Of a DNA stretch of 64,000 nucleotides, positions 37,966-51,600 are shown in pieces (position 1 is the first letter of the stretch; the number at the start of each line of letters is the position of its first letter). The notes beneath the pieces are model-generated. The model was not told where the DNA came from. It was given only the letters and a program-made list of their open reading frames with translations, and made no database searches. Source of the DNA: Camelus dromedarius (taxonomy: Eukaryota); assembly GCF_036321535.1 (NCBI RefSeq), contig NC_087447.1, forward strand, positions 41,232,001 through 41,296,000, read 5' to 3'. Both the position numbers and the translations under genes were made by a program.

Positions 37966-40900
37966 AAGGAGAAGGAGAATAGTGGGATCCTTTGCAAAAC
38001 TAAAGAAATTGTGAAACAGTTGGCTAATCAATATTACTGATAATATGGTAACTGACATTAAGTAATTACTACACCAGGGACTATGCTATGTGCTTTACGT
38101 TTATTATCTCATTTAATCTTTACAACTCTGTAAATATATTTATTCCCATTTTACCGATTCAGAACTAAGAAGAAAGCTGGTAAACTTGCCCAAAGTTACA
38201 CAGTAAGTGGTAGAGAAGATACCTGAACTAACTGGTCTGCTCCTTTTCCTTTTAAAAGGAAAATCATCAGTTACATACTGAGTGTATTGAATTTGAACAA
38301 ATATCTAAAAAAAAAAAAAAAGGAACATAAATGAGTGAATCAAGTCAGATTTCACTGTGGTGAAATGAAAAGAAAACATCTATATGAGGTAGTCACTACT
38401 CAGCTATACTTGAATGTTGCCCTATTGGAATTTTAGACCCAGTATTGCCATATTTTAAGATTTTTCATAAAAGACAGAAATGGGGATTTGTATGTAAAAA
38501 TCTCCTAAACTTTCAATGTCGACTAATTCAGATGTTTAACATATCTGTGCAGCCTAAACTAAATATGGCTGCAAGTCTACATCTCTGATAAATAGGCTGT
38601 TGGAAACTCAGAACTGAAGTTAGTAAGAGATTTGAGCTGGAGATGTGTGATTAGGAAAACCTTAAGCACAGAGAGAATAGTAGATACTTCAGTTGCATGC
38701 TAGAGTAATAACTAGCATTTTACATGATTAATGAAAATAAAGCAAATATATATGTTAACAAGTCAGTCAGGACTCTAAGAGTTTTCCAATCTTTAGAAAA
38801 CTGACAAAAAAATGGAAGTGTTAAAACTGGCAGATTGAAGTGGGTGTATTTAAAACTCAATTTTCTATAAACTAAAAGCTAAATTCCATATGACTTGAAT
38901 TTTCACACATCCATGATGTGATGGAAATATTACAAAATGTGAATATCTATGTTTCCCACTGATTGAAAGGTAATGTAAAGATTGTGCTTTATCCATATTT
39001 CCACTTGACTTCTCCTAGCCCAGTTTTTCACATACACTCATACCTGCAAAGCCCCATAGCAAAGGGGTTCGTAATTAGCCAAGATTAAATGAAAGATTAA
39101 GAAAAACTTCTTTATTCTCAATTATTGAATTTCAAGTTTCTCAATTAGAGGACCATCCAGGTTTTAGGGCTCAGTAAATATTCTCTTTGATCTAGACTAA
39201 AATAGTGTTTTTGAACACTAGTCTTTCTATCAGATTAATGTGTATCAGTCATAAAGAATGTAAAGCAATTATGTAAAAATAAAATATCACATATATGAAA
39301 GCATTTTTGCAAACTATGAAGGCCTACAGAAATTATTTTAAAATATTCAGGTGTCATTTTGAAGCTAGAAGTGTCCTAAAATTACAAAGTGGAGACTTGT
39401 ATTTGAAACACAATTTGCATCTTTCCCAAAAATAGTTTCCTTCTTTTTTTTCTTTAACATGTAGCTAACTCCAAGGGTGAAAATATCTTTTCCAGTTGTT
39501 AAAGTTCAAGTAAAATTGACTTAACAGCGATAATTGTAGCAAAATATAATAACGAAGGGGCATGATCAGCCTAATATAGGGAAAAGATCTAAAGATGTTG
39601 GAATTGTGTTAGAAACCTTCAGGGCCCCACCACACCCTTCTATGATCGGGTTTAAACGTCCTAGGAAAAACTGGCACCTCGCTTGAAAATTGTATTAAGG
39701 ACTAGGTGTTTTCAACCCCAAGAGCTGTTTTGACATGTCAAATGTAAGTGTGGGACTTTGAAAATCCTGCCCTTTATCGGACACTTTCTTTAAAAGAAAT
39801 GCATGTTAAAACACACGCACACACAGAGTTTGCTTTTGATTACACATTGTATCAAAAATTGTGCTCAAAATGAAAATGGGAAATTTTCTGTTGTTTATGT
39901 ATATGGAAATATGACTCCATTTTTGTTTAGCTAAAATTTCGCAAACGACGGAAGGCTTCATTTTACTGCATCTGTCCCTTAAAATACTACCTGAGAAGTA
40001 TAAATAGTTCTGCCGGCTTTGAAAAGCCTAATCCTATTTGTTATGGTGGACCTTACATAAAACGGACATATGCAACTGTCAGTCTTCAATGTGTTAAAAA
40101 AAAAAAAAATCAGGAGCTAGCAATTAAAACCTTCCAAACGCCCGCGCTCCGCAAACACGTCTTCTAAAGAATTCTGGTACATTCTGGGTATTCCTCCGTG
40201 CCCGCTGGCCGAACATTCCTTTGGGGAAAGCTGCTTCTCCAGTGAGGAGTAAAGACAATAAACCCCTTCCTTTCAGTCCTTTCTCATTCTCTGCAGGGGA
40301 TGGAATAAATACGGAGCTGAATGAATCTCGCTCAACGCTTTCGTGTGCGCCGTCTGGTCTCCCGAACTCTACTACCCGCCGCCCTCCCCAAAGGCTGCTG
40401 AAGCCGAGCACCTGGAGACCAACGATTCCCGGTGTTGCTCCCGGGGGCGACAGGCCTCAGCCCTACAGGCCCATCCTAGGGAGGCCCAGCCTGCGAGGGA
40501 CAATCTTGAGGGCGCCAGGAAGATCAATGCTCTGATACGGCAAGGATTGGAAATTGGTCGGGTAGAAAGGCGAGTTTCCTTCCCACACTCCGGTTGAGAA
40601 AATGAGGTAGAGGGGCAGGGGGCCCGTTTAACTCGAGCTTGGGGTACGGATTCTGCGAACAAAGAGATAGGAGGAAGACCAGGCAGCCACACCAACGCAG
40701 ACTCAGAGAGCTCCACGACTTTACGCAAGTGGTTCACATCTCCACAGCGCTCAGTACGCCTTACGCCACTGACTTAAGACTCAGAGCCTTCGCGAATATG
40801 GCTTTGCGCACTGCGGCGGGGCTGCGCCGCAACCGAGCTTGGCCCTGTGGCTCCTCCCCGCCGCCCTGCGCCGATTGGTGGCGGACAGCATCCAGGCTGC

Positions 40901-40988
40901 TGATTGGGTGGCGAAGGAGCCATTCGGAGTGGCTCTGGTGGGTTCGGCTGCCCTAGAGTGATAAGTTCGGCTTCAGACACGCCTCAGC

Positions 40989-41205
40989 GCCAGCAGTGAG
41001 TCGGAGCTCTATGGAGGTGGCGGCGAGTATCGGGTGGTGGCTGCAGCAGCAACTCCTCTGAGCTGTTTCAGGCCGGTCCCGACTCCGTCCTCCCCCTTCC
41101 CTCCCCTTTTTTGTTTTCCGTTCCCCTTTCCCCTCCCTTCCCCGTCCCCGACAACCGGATCCTGAGGAGGCAGCTGCGGTGGCAGCTGCTGAGTTCTCGG
41201 TGAAG
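40989..41205 (+). other. EIF4G2: EIF4G2 non-coding exon 1 (TSS approximate)
   Basis: Matches the recalled EIF4G2 mRNA 5' leader (GCCAGCAGTGAGTCGGAGCTCTATGGAGG...); donor GAAG|GTGAGT. Confidence 0.88.
41011..41061 (+). other. EIF4G2 uORF, 16 codons (MEVAASIGWWLQQQLL*)
   Basis: ATG at 41011 to TGA at 41059-41061; the only AUG in the spliced leader. Confidence 0.8.
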
Positions 41206-42664
41206 GTGAGTGAAGCTACTGCCGCCGCTGCCGCCGCCGCTGCCGCCGCCGAGCGCTCTAAAATGGCCGCCGTCTCTGGCCGCTTCTTCTCCAGCGGCAC
41301 AAAATGGCGGCCGCAGGCGGAGCCGGGCGGGGCGACCCCTTTTTAGCTTTTTCTCCGCTCTTCGGCATCTGGAAATTCTTCGCTTTTGTTCTCCTTTCCC
41401 GTTGCTGACGGAGTAGAAGGAACCCGGCAGCCCTGACGGCCCCCGGCCGTTTTCGTGGCTGTCGGCGGCCGTCTCCCGCGGGGCCGGCTGGGGCGCGTGT
41501 GTGCTCGGACGGGGAGAGAGCGTGGTGCGGCCGCGCGCACGCCGCCGGGAGGGACGCGGGCCGGCAGGCAGGGCCCGGCCGTTGGCGCGGGACCAGCCGA
41601 GGCGGAGGAGTGCCGGAGCCCGGCCTCCCGGCGGGGAGGAGGTGTGTGAGGCCCCGGGGCCGGCGGCGGGCGGCCGGGCTGCTCTTGGTTCGGGAGCGAA
41701 GGGCCTGGCCCGGCGGGCCTCGCCTGGACGGGAGAGGGGAGACACGGCGAGGGTTTCTGTGCTTTTGTCGGTGGGGGAGGCCATGGCGAGACAGCTGTCA
41801 GTTCCTCGGGGATTTATGGGTGGGAGGGGGCCCGCTGGAGGCGGCGGGTGGGAAGGAGGCCGCCTTCCTGCCCGGAGAACAAAGAGCCGGGCGCTGGGCC
41901 GGCGGGGGCGGCCTCCGCTCCTTCCCGAGGCTTGCCCCCAGCGGCTTCGCGAGAGGCTGTCGGAAGCACTTCCCTAACTCGGGCCTGGGTGGGAGGAATC
42001 CACTGCTCTTTTGTTTTCAGTAAGGGGAAAAATGGGGCGGAGGTTCCTGCTGCCATGTTGTGCCCTGGTCTTCCGCCTGCCTAGTGCCAGCCGCCGGGCA
42101 CCCGGTCCGTCGCCCTCCCGCATGCTCTCTGCGCCGGGTTAGAGGAATGGACCGTGGGGAAGTCTTGGGTTAGCCTTTAGTCTGTTGCTTTTGCTCGTCA
42201 AGGACGCATGAAAAACTATAACAGTTCACCCTGAATGTGCTCGTGTTGATTAAGAGTTAGATTTTCTGGTATTGGTCTCAGTGTTCAGTTTTGAAGGAAG
42301 CAGAATGTGGCTTTTTCAAAGATTGGTTCTCAGCAATTAAGATGTTCTTAGTTTCTGTGGAGGCTCTTCTTGCGCTCTTTAAGACAAGGGAATTTCCAGG
42401 TGATAAAATTTTACTGCCCATTTGTGTTTTGAGTACACTCTTTCAGTCTTATGAGATCTGCAATGCAGTGTAAGCTAAATCAACTGCAGTGTCAGGCTCT
42501 GAAATAAATTATAATTGAAGAGGGCTTATAGATCTGTATGTTAGTAGTGTCTAATTTCGGTACTCTTTCTCATTCTAGGTTTTTCATTTCTCCCATCCCC
42601 TTCCCTCCCCACCCCATCCATTAATATTATTCTTTTGAAGATTCTTCGTTGTCAAGCCGCCAAA

Positions 42665-45600
42665 GTGGAGAGTGCGATTGCAGAAGGGGGTGCTTCTCGT
42701 TTCAGGTGTGTGTAGATTTATTTTGGCAACTGTTAGGAAAAGACTGACCACAAAATCAAAACAATAACCACTCCAAGTAATTCTGACTTAATGTACTGCA
42801 AGGTTAATTTATAATGTGTCATGTACATTTTTTTAAAAGCCCTTAAATTTTCGCTGTCTTCCATTTGCCATCTGAAGAATAAATGTAATTCATTAATTGG
42901 TTTCTTTTGGGTCCAAGTTCAGTCTTCATCTGTGGTGTACTTTCTAAAGTGCAGAATAATTAAAGAGAGCTTTTATGCATTTTGAGTGAAGTGTTCTTGG
43001 TATACTTTTTTTTTTAAGTTTTTTTTTATTTTTTTAAATAGTGCTTCTTCGGGCGGAGGAGGAAGTAGGGGTGCACCTCAGCACTATCCCAAGACTGCTG
43101 GCAACAGGTAAAGTAAACATGTAAAAAGAATGACTTTTATAAATAATAAATTTAGGTTAACAGTCTTTCAAATGCATAACCGTGTAGTTTATGTCAATGG
43201 GATAACAGGAATTGTAATCTTAACTGGCATGGTTTCTGCTGCTTATCCTAAATTTAGAATATCAGCTTTTGATTATTCCTTAGCCAAATCACCTAATGTG
43301 AGTTGAGGCTCTCAAACTGCTAATTTATCCTCTTACTCTGGACTATTTTCACTTATGTTTTCTGAAGTTAACTGTTACTATCTTTGCTAAATTGTAGTAG
43401 TAACCCAGTATGTATGTAATATAGTCATGAGAGATTGGAAAATGTTGGTTCTCAAGGTGTGGCTCCTGGATTGGCAACATTGACATCACCTGAGAGCTTG
43501 CTAGAAATACAAGTTATCAGGCCTTACCAGACCCACTAAAGCAAAAACTGGGGTGGGCCTAGCACCACCAACAAGCTCTTTAGGTGATTCTGATCCACAT
43601 TATTGTTTGAGAACCACTGTTGTGAGTTGCTTAGTTGTAAGGGAAGTTGAGAAAACCTAAACTTTTTTATTTTGAAGGATTTCTCATCTGTATGACAATT
43701 GATACGTGACTGGGTGCTGTGTTTTAAGTTGTCTTAATTATAATTCTCTTAACTTTGACTAGCGAGTTCCTGGGGAAAACCCCAGGGCAAAACGCTCAGA
43801 AATGGATTCCTGCACGAAGCACTAGACGAGATGACAACTCCGCAGCAAACAACTCCGCAAATGAAAAAGAACGACATGATGCAATCTTCAGGAAAGTAAG
43901 AGGGTAAGTTTTTTAGGTCTGTTTTGTCCTTTGTCTTGAAGGAGGGAAGAATGGATTAGCTGTACTTCTTTTGTGTGTTTGTTATATTAGTTAGAAGGTA
44001 CTCCCCCAAGTATGTATTTTAATGAATGCCAGTGTTGACAGTTTCAAACTGAAAAGCAGCCCATCAGTATTTCGGGCTCAGAGTTGCTTTCAGTCATTGA
44101 GTGAAAAGCCACAAGCCTATTGTGCTGATATCTCCTATGCCTGGTGTGTAACCCAGTGATGCCCAGAACATAATGGTCTTAGCTCCTGGATCTAGCCTTG
44201 ATAACAAGGAGGCTCTTGTCCTGGGTTTAGAGGATGTAAGGAAATTTTCTTGTCCTACAGCTCGGGGTCCCCCCAGTTAGATAGAAAATAAATTTTTATT
44301 TACTTTTTGTTGAAGTATAGTTGATTTACAATGTTGTGTTACTTCCTGGTATACAGTAGAGTAATTTCGGTTATACATAAAGATTTCTTTTTCATATTCT
44401 TCTCCATTATGATCTATTAAATTCCCTGTGTTATACAGTAGGTCATTTTTGTTTGTATATAGTAGTTTGTAGATAATATATTTTAAATAACAGGTTTATT
44501 TCAACATCCATTTGGTTAGATGAGTATGAAGATACGTCTTAATATTAAAGGGGGAGGTGATGGAAGAGAAAAATGAACATAATTTAAAAGCTGTTTTTCA
44601 ATTTAATAATTCTCTGTGTGTTGGCTGACAGTCTCATTCCTTTTTTCCCAGCATACTAAATAAGCTTACTCCTGAAAAGTTTGACAAGCTATGCCTTGAG
44701 CTCCTCAATGTGGGTGTAGAGTCTAAGCTCATCCTTAAAGGGGTCATACTGCTGGTAAGTTAAATGTTGGCTAAACTGAAAGAGGAAAATATTTAATCCA
44801 AATTGGGTATTTTTGTTGTTGTTAACATTTGTGTTACTGCGTAAAACTAAGGTGTAAGTTAGATGTATGTATATTTGAAGATTGATAGTGATTTCTTTTT
44901 TTAAAAAAAGGAACCACTGACTTTTAATGGTATCAGATTTAAGGTGAATTTAAAATTGTTTATACTGTGCTTGGAGGGCTGAGAGGGTTACTTGGGGTAT
45001 CAACAAGTTATTGTGGGTTTTTTTTTGGTTTGTTTTTCCTTTTGTGAAAAACACCATAATTTGGTCTTGGAAATGAGTTCTGGGATGATTCAGCATCTGT
45101 TTATAGTTTTGATATCTAGATAATTTCAATTCCTGAAGCAGGAGAGTTTTACTAGTGTGAGATCTATATAATTGGACTTTCTGGTATACTGTAACAGCTA
45201 ACATTTTAGTACTTATATCTTTGAAGGCTGTGTGCTAAAAGCATTTTACATGCCTCATTTGATTTGGCTTATACAATAAGTCCTATAAGAGGCATTCTCA
45301 AATTATAGATGAGGTGTAGAGAATTTGTCTACAATACTCTGATTGACGGAAATCTGTTGAGATTTAAGATCCTTAAGGCTGCGCGGAAGTATTAACTTGT
45401 GAGAAAAACTTTCTTTATAACATCGTATTTAGGTTTTTAAAATGACTTTTTCTGTAGATTGTGGACAAAGCCCTAGAAGAGCCAAAGTATAGCTCACTGT
45501 ATGCTCAGCTATGTCTGCGATTGGCAGAAGATGCACCAAACTTTGATGGCCCAGCAGCAGAGGGTCAACCAGGACAGAAGCAAAGCACAGTAAGTGGTAG

Positions 45601-48600
45601 TGTTTGCTTGCCTATTCAAAGTTGATTTGAAAAGTTTCTTTAACAAACCCTAACAAATGTCTTTTGTTCCCAATAGACATTCAGACGCCTCCTAATTTCC
45701 AAATTACAAGATGAATTTGAAAACCGAACCAGAAATGTTGATGGTGAGAATTTATATTTGAAACTAGGTAGTTCTGTATATGTTCAATGTAATTCTGAAT
45801 GTTTGACTTTATTCTTATTTTTTTCAGTCTATGATAAGCGTGAAAATCCCCTCCTCCCTGAGGAGGAGGAACAGAGAGCCATTGCTAAGATCAAGATGTT
45901 GGGGAACATCAAATTTATTGGAGAACTTGGAAAGCTTGATCTTATTCATGAATCTATCCTTCATAAGTGCATCAAAACAGTAAGTATGGTTGGGAATTTA
46001 GATTTACATTGATCACTGGATACATCATTTAGGGGAAATGGGTCAATTATAATTAATTTGCCTTCTGAGAGTGTTAGTAGGCTATCTAAGTATTTTAGAT
46101 TGCCAGCAAAACTTAATTCAGTGTTGTAAATGTGGTAGTATGCAGTGTGTTTTTGCAAGGTAGGTGTAGAAGTGGTTACTTATGTTAAGATTGCTCAATT
46201 TGGAGGGATTTCTTCAACAGAGCCCAGATAAAGAGTACTATGCTGGTTACTATAGGAACTATATGAGCAAATGCAAACTTAGGGGAAAGTGTTGTATCTA
46301 AACCAAGAAAGATTTGCAAACGTGGCCTTTAATTCTTTTGGTAGCTTTTGGAAAAAAAGAAGAGAGTACAACTCAAAGATATGGGAGAGGATTTGGAGTG
46401 CCTCTGTCAGATAATGAGGACAGTGGGACCTAGATTAGACCACGAACGAGCCAAGGTATGTGTTGGTGACAGAAACAGTGTAAGTAGCTTGTCTTAATTT
46501 TATTCAAATCAGACAGCTTATTTTTGTGATTAGAGGATTGTTGTTAGTCATTGGCCTTGATTATAATATCTAGAAGTTTTAAAGCCTTAAATAGTATATA
46601 CATTTGCCATTAGCACTGTCTTCTAATTGTGTATTTTTTATTTTCTCTTTCAGTCCTTAATGGATCAGTACTTTGCCCGAATGTGCTCCTTGATGTTAAG
46701 TAAGGAATTGCCAGCGAGGATTCGTTTCCTGCTGCAGGTAAAGCTGGTTTCCTTTAGGTATGTTGATAAGCTGACTTTGTTTAGAAATATTAAAATAATA
46801 CTTAACTCTAAAACTATTTTTATACTAAAGGATACTGTAGAGTTGCGAGAACACCATTGGGTTCCTCGCAAGGCTTTTCTTGACAATGGACCAAAGACGA
46901 TCAATCAAATCCGTCAAGATGCAGTAAAAGTAAGTTTTGCTTTTTTAATCTAGTGGGTTTTAAGTTTATAATAGCACAAAGACTCTTAAACTTGTTTTAG
47001 GCTATCTCATCTTACCAGTGAGCTTAATGATTTTAATACCTTGTATACCCCTTTGAGAATTTGACAGAAATTACGGTTCTATAATAGTCCAGAAGTACAT
47101 CTCATTTCCCCAGTGTAAAAATTTTTGGTTTTATGTGGAGTACTGTTTAGAAACAAGTGTTTATTCATTTTATTTCTGAAGGATCTAGGAGTCTTTATTC
47201 CTGCTCCCATGGCTCAAGGGATGAGAAGTGACTTCTTTCTGGAGGGACCGTTCATGCCACCGAGGATGAAAATGGATAGGGACCCACTTGGAGGACTTGC
47301 TGATATGTTTGGACAAATGCCAGGTGACTTTGAACAAAACAATTGTTTGGTTACATTTAAAAAATCAGTGTAACATTTTAATCAGAGGGTTGTAAAGAGT
47401 TGTCCATGTCTGTATTTTAAGGTAGCGGAATTGGTACTGGTCCAGGAGTTATCCAGGATAGATTTTCACCCACCATGGGGCGTCATCGTTCAAATCAACT
47501 CTTCAACGGCCATGGGGGACACATCATGCCTCCCACACAGTCGCAGTTTGGGGAGATGGGAGGCAAGTTTATGAAAGGCCAGGTAAGAAAACATCTAAGA
47601 ATATTTCGGCAACAAGTATTAAATCATGCAATGTATAAGATTAATTTTGGATTTTTTTGTTTGTTTTTTTAAAGTGCAAATATTTTAGGCTTGGAAAACC
47701 TTAAAGACGTGTTTTTTTAAACCAAATTTACATCTGCAACAGTTAATTTCAAACTTGGTGAAATGCTTATCCTTAAATTAGTAAAGTATTAGTAAAATCA
47801 CATCACTTTGATATAGTTAGGTTAGATTTTTATTCTTCCTTGTTTCATCTTTTACTTTCTCTGGGCAAATTCAGTTAAACTTTCCTTATGGCTTGGTCTC
47901 ATCCCTCTGGTATACTTGATTATCATAATTTGTGGACCCCTTTTTATCTAGACTTTCTTTCTCTCTTTCTGAAATAGGGGCTAAGCCAGCTCTACCATAA
48001 CCAGAGTCAGGGACTCTTATCCCAGCTGCAAGGACAGTCCAAGGATATGCCACCTCGGTTTTCTAAGAAAGGACAGCTTAATGCAGATGAGGTACAATTG
48101 CCTATGTTATTTATATACCTTAGTTTGTCAATTCAGAAATCTATTGCCCGATGATTATAAAAAGACGCGTTATTAAGAGGACTTAATGCTGGAGTTCTTT
48201 ACCTTCTTTCTCTCTTTTCTATACTTCTTTTTCTTTCTTTGGATGTCCAGCGTCCTATGAGCGAAGATTATGAGATATGAGGGCAAACTTCTTAAATCTT
48301 TGCTTGGAATAAGGAAAATGGTTGTCAAGATTGTGACTATGACTTCCCTGTAAATAGAATGACAGTTAAAGAATAAAGTAAAACACTTTCTGAACTCTTA
48401 ATTAAATTTTCTGGGTTTTAATATTTTAGTGATGCTAATCCTTGGAGAACTCTGATACAAATACAAGATTTATAACAGTATCTTACTTTTGTGTGGGTCA
48501 GATCTTTAGTTTTCTTGCCAGAAATTAAACCTATTAAACATGGGGTAACATTGTTAGTTATTGGAGAGAAAGCCATAAATTTTATTATCATGTTTGTGTA

Positions 48601-51600
48601 TACTGAGTTTTAGGATGTTGGAATGTTGCATTTAATCTGTTAGCTAACTGAATATTAACTTTGATGTCTTTTTTGATTTGTTTTCAATTCTAGATTAGTC
48701 TGAGGCCTGCTCAATCTTTCCTAATGAATAAAAATCAAGTGCCAAAGCTTCAGCCCCAGATAACTATGATTCCTCCTAGTGCACAGCCACCACGCACTCA
48801 GACACCACCTCTGGGACAGGTATGGACTGCAGTAGGACACATTTTCTATTCCAGTACTTTTCTGAGGATGTCTAAAGACTTTATGGGTGTCTTCCCTCTA
48901 ACTTCATAAGCTCCTTTAAAAAAAAAACAATCATGCCTTTTTTGTTGCTATTTTTTAGACACCTCAGCTTGGTCTCAAAACTAATCCACCACTTATCCAG
49001 GAAAAGCCTGCCAAGACTAGTAAAAAGCCACCACCATCAAAGGAAGAACTGCTTAAACTAACTGTAAGTCTCTAATCCCATAGTCTAGTTTACAAAGTGT
49101 ATTTGAGATAGGAAAATGCTGAAGATGTTTGGATTTTTTTCTTTACAGGAAACTGTTGTAACTGAGTATCTGAATAGTGGAAATGCGAATGAAGCTGTCA
49201 ATGGTGTTAGAGAGATGAGGGCTCCTAAACACTTTCTCCCTGAGATGTTAAGCAAAGTAATCATCCTATCACTAGATAGAAGTGATGAAGATAAAGAAAA
49301 AGCAAGTTCTTTGATCAGTTTACTCAAACAGGAAGGGATAGCCACAAGTGACAACTTCATGCAGGTAGAACACATTCCTTAATCTGTAAGAACTTCCCTT
49401 TAAAATTTGAAAACTAATAAACTAACTGTATTATATGTTCCTTCTTAGGCTTTCCTGAATGTATTGGACCAGTGCCCTAAACTGGAGGTTGACATCCCCT
49501 TAGTGAAATCATATTTAGCACAGTTTGCAGCTCGTGCTATCATTTCGGAGCTGGTGAGCATTTCAGAACTAGCTCAACCACTGGAAAGTGGCACCCATTT
49601 TCCTCTCTTCTTACTTTGTCTTCAGCAGTTAGCTAAATTACAAGATCGAGAATGGTTAACAGAGCTTTTCCAACAAAGCAAGGTCAATATGCAGAAAATG
49701 CTCCCAGGTAAGAGAATGGGGGTGTCATTTTGTGTTTCAGTACTAAATTTAGAGATTCCTTAGTACCTTGAGTGAATTTGGACAGGTCAGTGTGATTATC
49801 CTGTGTGGATAATAAGCATCACTGCAGGTAGACTTCACCTTATAAAGAGAGACTGTTGTGCTTGAATTGTTCTCATTTGATTTAAATATTGAGAGTTTGC
49901 TTAGGTTAGTTCTCTATTCTTTTACATAAAGTGCGTTTGGGGTATTTGTACAGCTGTTACCTAGACCAGCTGAGTAAAATGAACTACCTGATGGTGGTAT
50001 GGCTTTGTCTCCTCAGAAATTGATCAGAATAAGGACCGCATGTTGGAGATCTTGGAAGGAAAGGGACTGAGTTTCTTATTCCCACTCCTCAAATTGGAGA
50101 AGGAACTGTTAAAGCAAATAAAGTTGGATCCATCCCCTCAAACCATATATAAATGGATTAAAGATAATATCTCTCCCAAACTTCATGTAGATAAAGGATT
50201 TGTGAACATCTTAATGACTAGGTAAGATAAAGTTATGGTTGTCTGCATCTCAGTACAGGGTTAACGTGTGTTTTATTTTCTAGGAAAAAGTCTACAAGGC
50301 AAAGGACTAAGAATTTTCTGTTTCTTGAGCTAGAAAATTCACTTTGGGGTTCTAATAAGATCTCCTTCTGTGCAGCTTCTTACAGTACATTTCTAGTGAA
50401 GTAAACCCGCCCAGTGATGAAACAGATTCTTCCTCTGCTCCTTCCAAAGAACAGTTAGAGCAGGAAAAACAACTGCTTCTTTCCTTCAAGCCAGTAATGC
50501 AGAAATTCCTCCACGATCACGTTGATCTACAAGTCAGTGCCCTCTATGCTCTTCAGGTGCACTGCTACAACAGCAACTTCCCAAAAGGTGAGGACCAGTA
50601 GCAGAAGAGTGGCAAGTCAGGGGTGATTCTTAAAAACAGCACACTAAATAATGGAGTTTCATTTTGTCTTTTAGGCATGTTACTCCGCTTTTTTGTTCAC
50701 TTCTATGACATGGAAATTATTGAAGAAGAAGCTTTCTTAGCTTGGAAAGAAGATATAACCCAAGAGTTTCCGGGGAAAGGCAAGGCTTTGTTCCAGGTAA
50801 ATCTTTGTTTCAAAATTTTGATCTGCTTTTTCAGGTTACGTGGTACTACTTTTTTTGTTTGTTTTTTTACTTGGTAATACTTTAATAAGCTTTCTTAAGT
50901 TGAAATAAAAGCAGAAAAGCCCTGGTAATTTGTACGTACATGCTATTCTGCACTGTTACAAGCTATGGTAAAACAGCAAAATGAGGTAAAGGTATTAAAT
51001 AAAAGACGTCAATCCTAGGAGTAGGTAAGGTGAAAGATTGGGTGATTGTACAAAATTGGATTTAAACTTTTTTTTAAATGTTAGTAAAGATGAGATTGCT
51101 TCTGACTTCTTATGCCATGATTTTCTATCTTACCATCTGGAATTCTAGCCCTAGGGAGGAATTTGCCAGGGAAATTACACAGTGGACATAAGTCACCTGG
51201 AGAGTAGTTTGAAAGGAGGAGGTTCTAGGCCTGATTCTGTTCATTCTGATTGAGTAGGTCTGTGTGTGGTCTACAGCCCAGGTGGTTCTCATACTAGTTT
51301 TCCAGGGGTGAGGCTTTGAGAAGTACTAGTCTATAGTATCTTTACTCCTAAGGTTCACAGCTGGCTTCGAGGCTCACTCTCAGGCATTTATCCGTAGTCC
51401 TGTCCTGAGGGAATCTGATCCTATAATTCAGCGGTAGGGTTGGAAATCTAGTTTATAGGAATCTTCTTTGTCCCACTTCTCTCCCTCCCCAGCATCGCTA
51501 ACATAAAATTTAAGTCTGGGAGGAGCTACTGTCCTGCGTTAAAAAATAGTCCAGAAGTGTAATGGGAGCAGTATCAAAGAATGACACCTGAGCTAACTGG

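Larger units (their letters stand above)
40300..42140 (+). promoter_or_regulatory. EIF4G2 CpG-island promoter/first intron with two inverted CCAAT boxes and YY1-like sites
   Basis: Very GC/CpG-rich. ATTGG at 40874 and 40903; AAAATGGCCGCC 41260; AAAATGGCGGC 41301. Confidence 0.88.

Noticed and set aside
40124..42084. Many overlapping 60-238 aa ORFs on both strands
   Set aside because: Low-complexity Ala/Gly/Arg/Pro translations expected from a GC-rich CpG island; no recognisable domains.
44094..44235. Possible poison cassette exon in EIF4G2 intron 4 (TTTCAG|T CAT TGA ... GAT|GTAAGG)
   Set aside because: Short pyrimidine tract and mediocre donor; no evidence of use from sequence alone.
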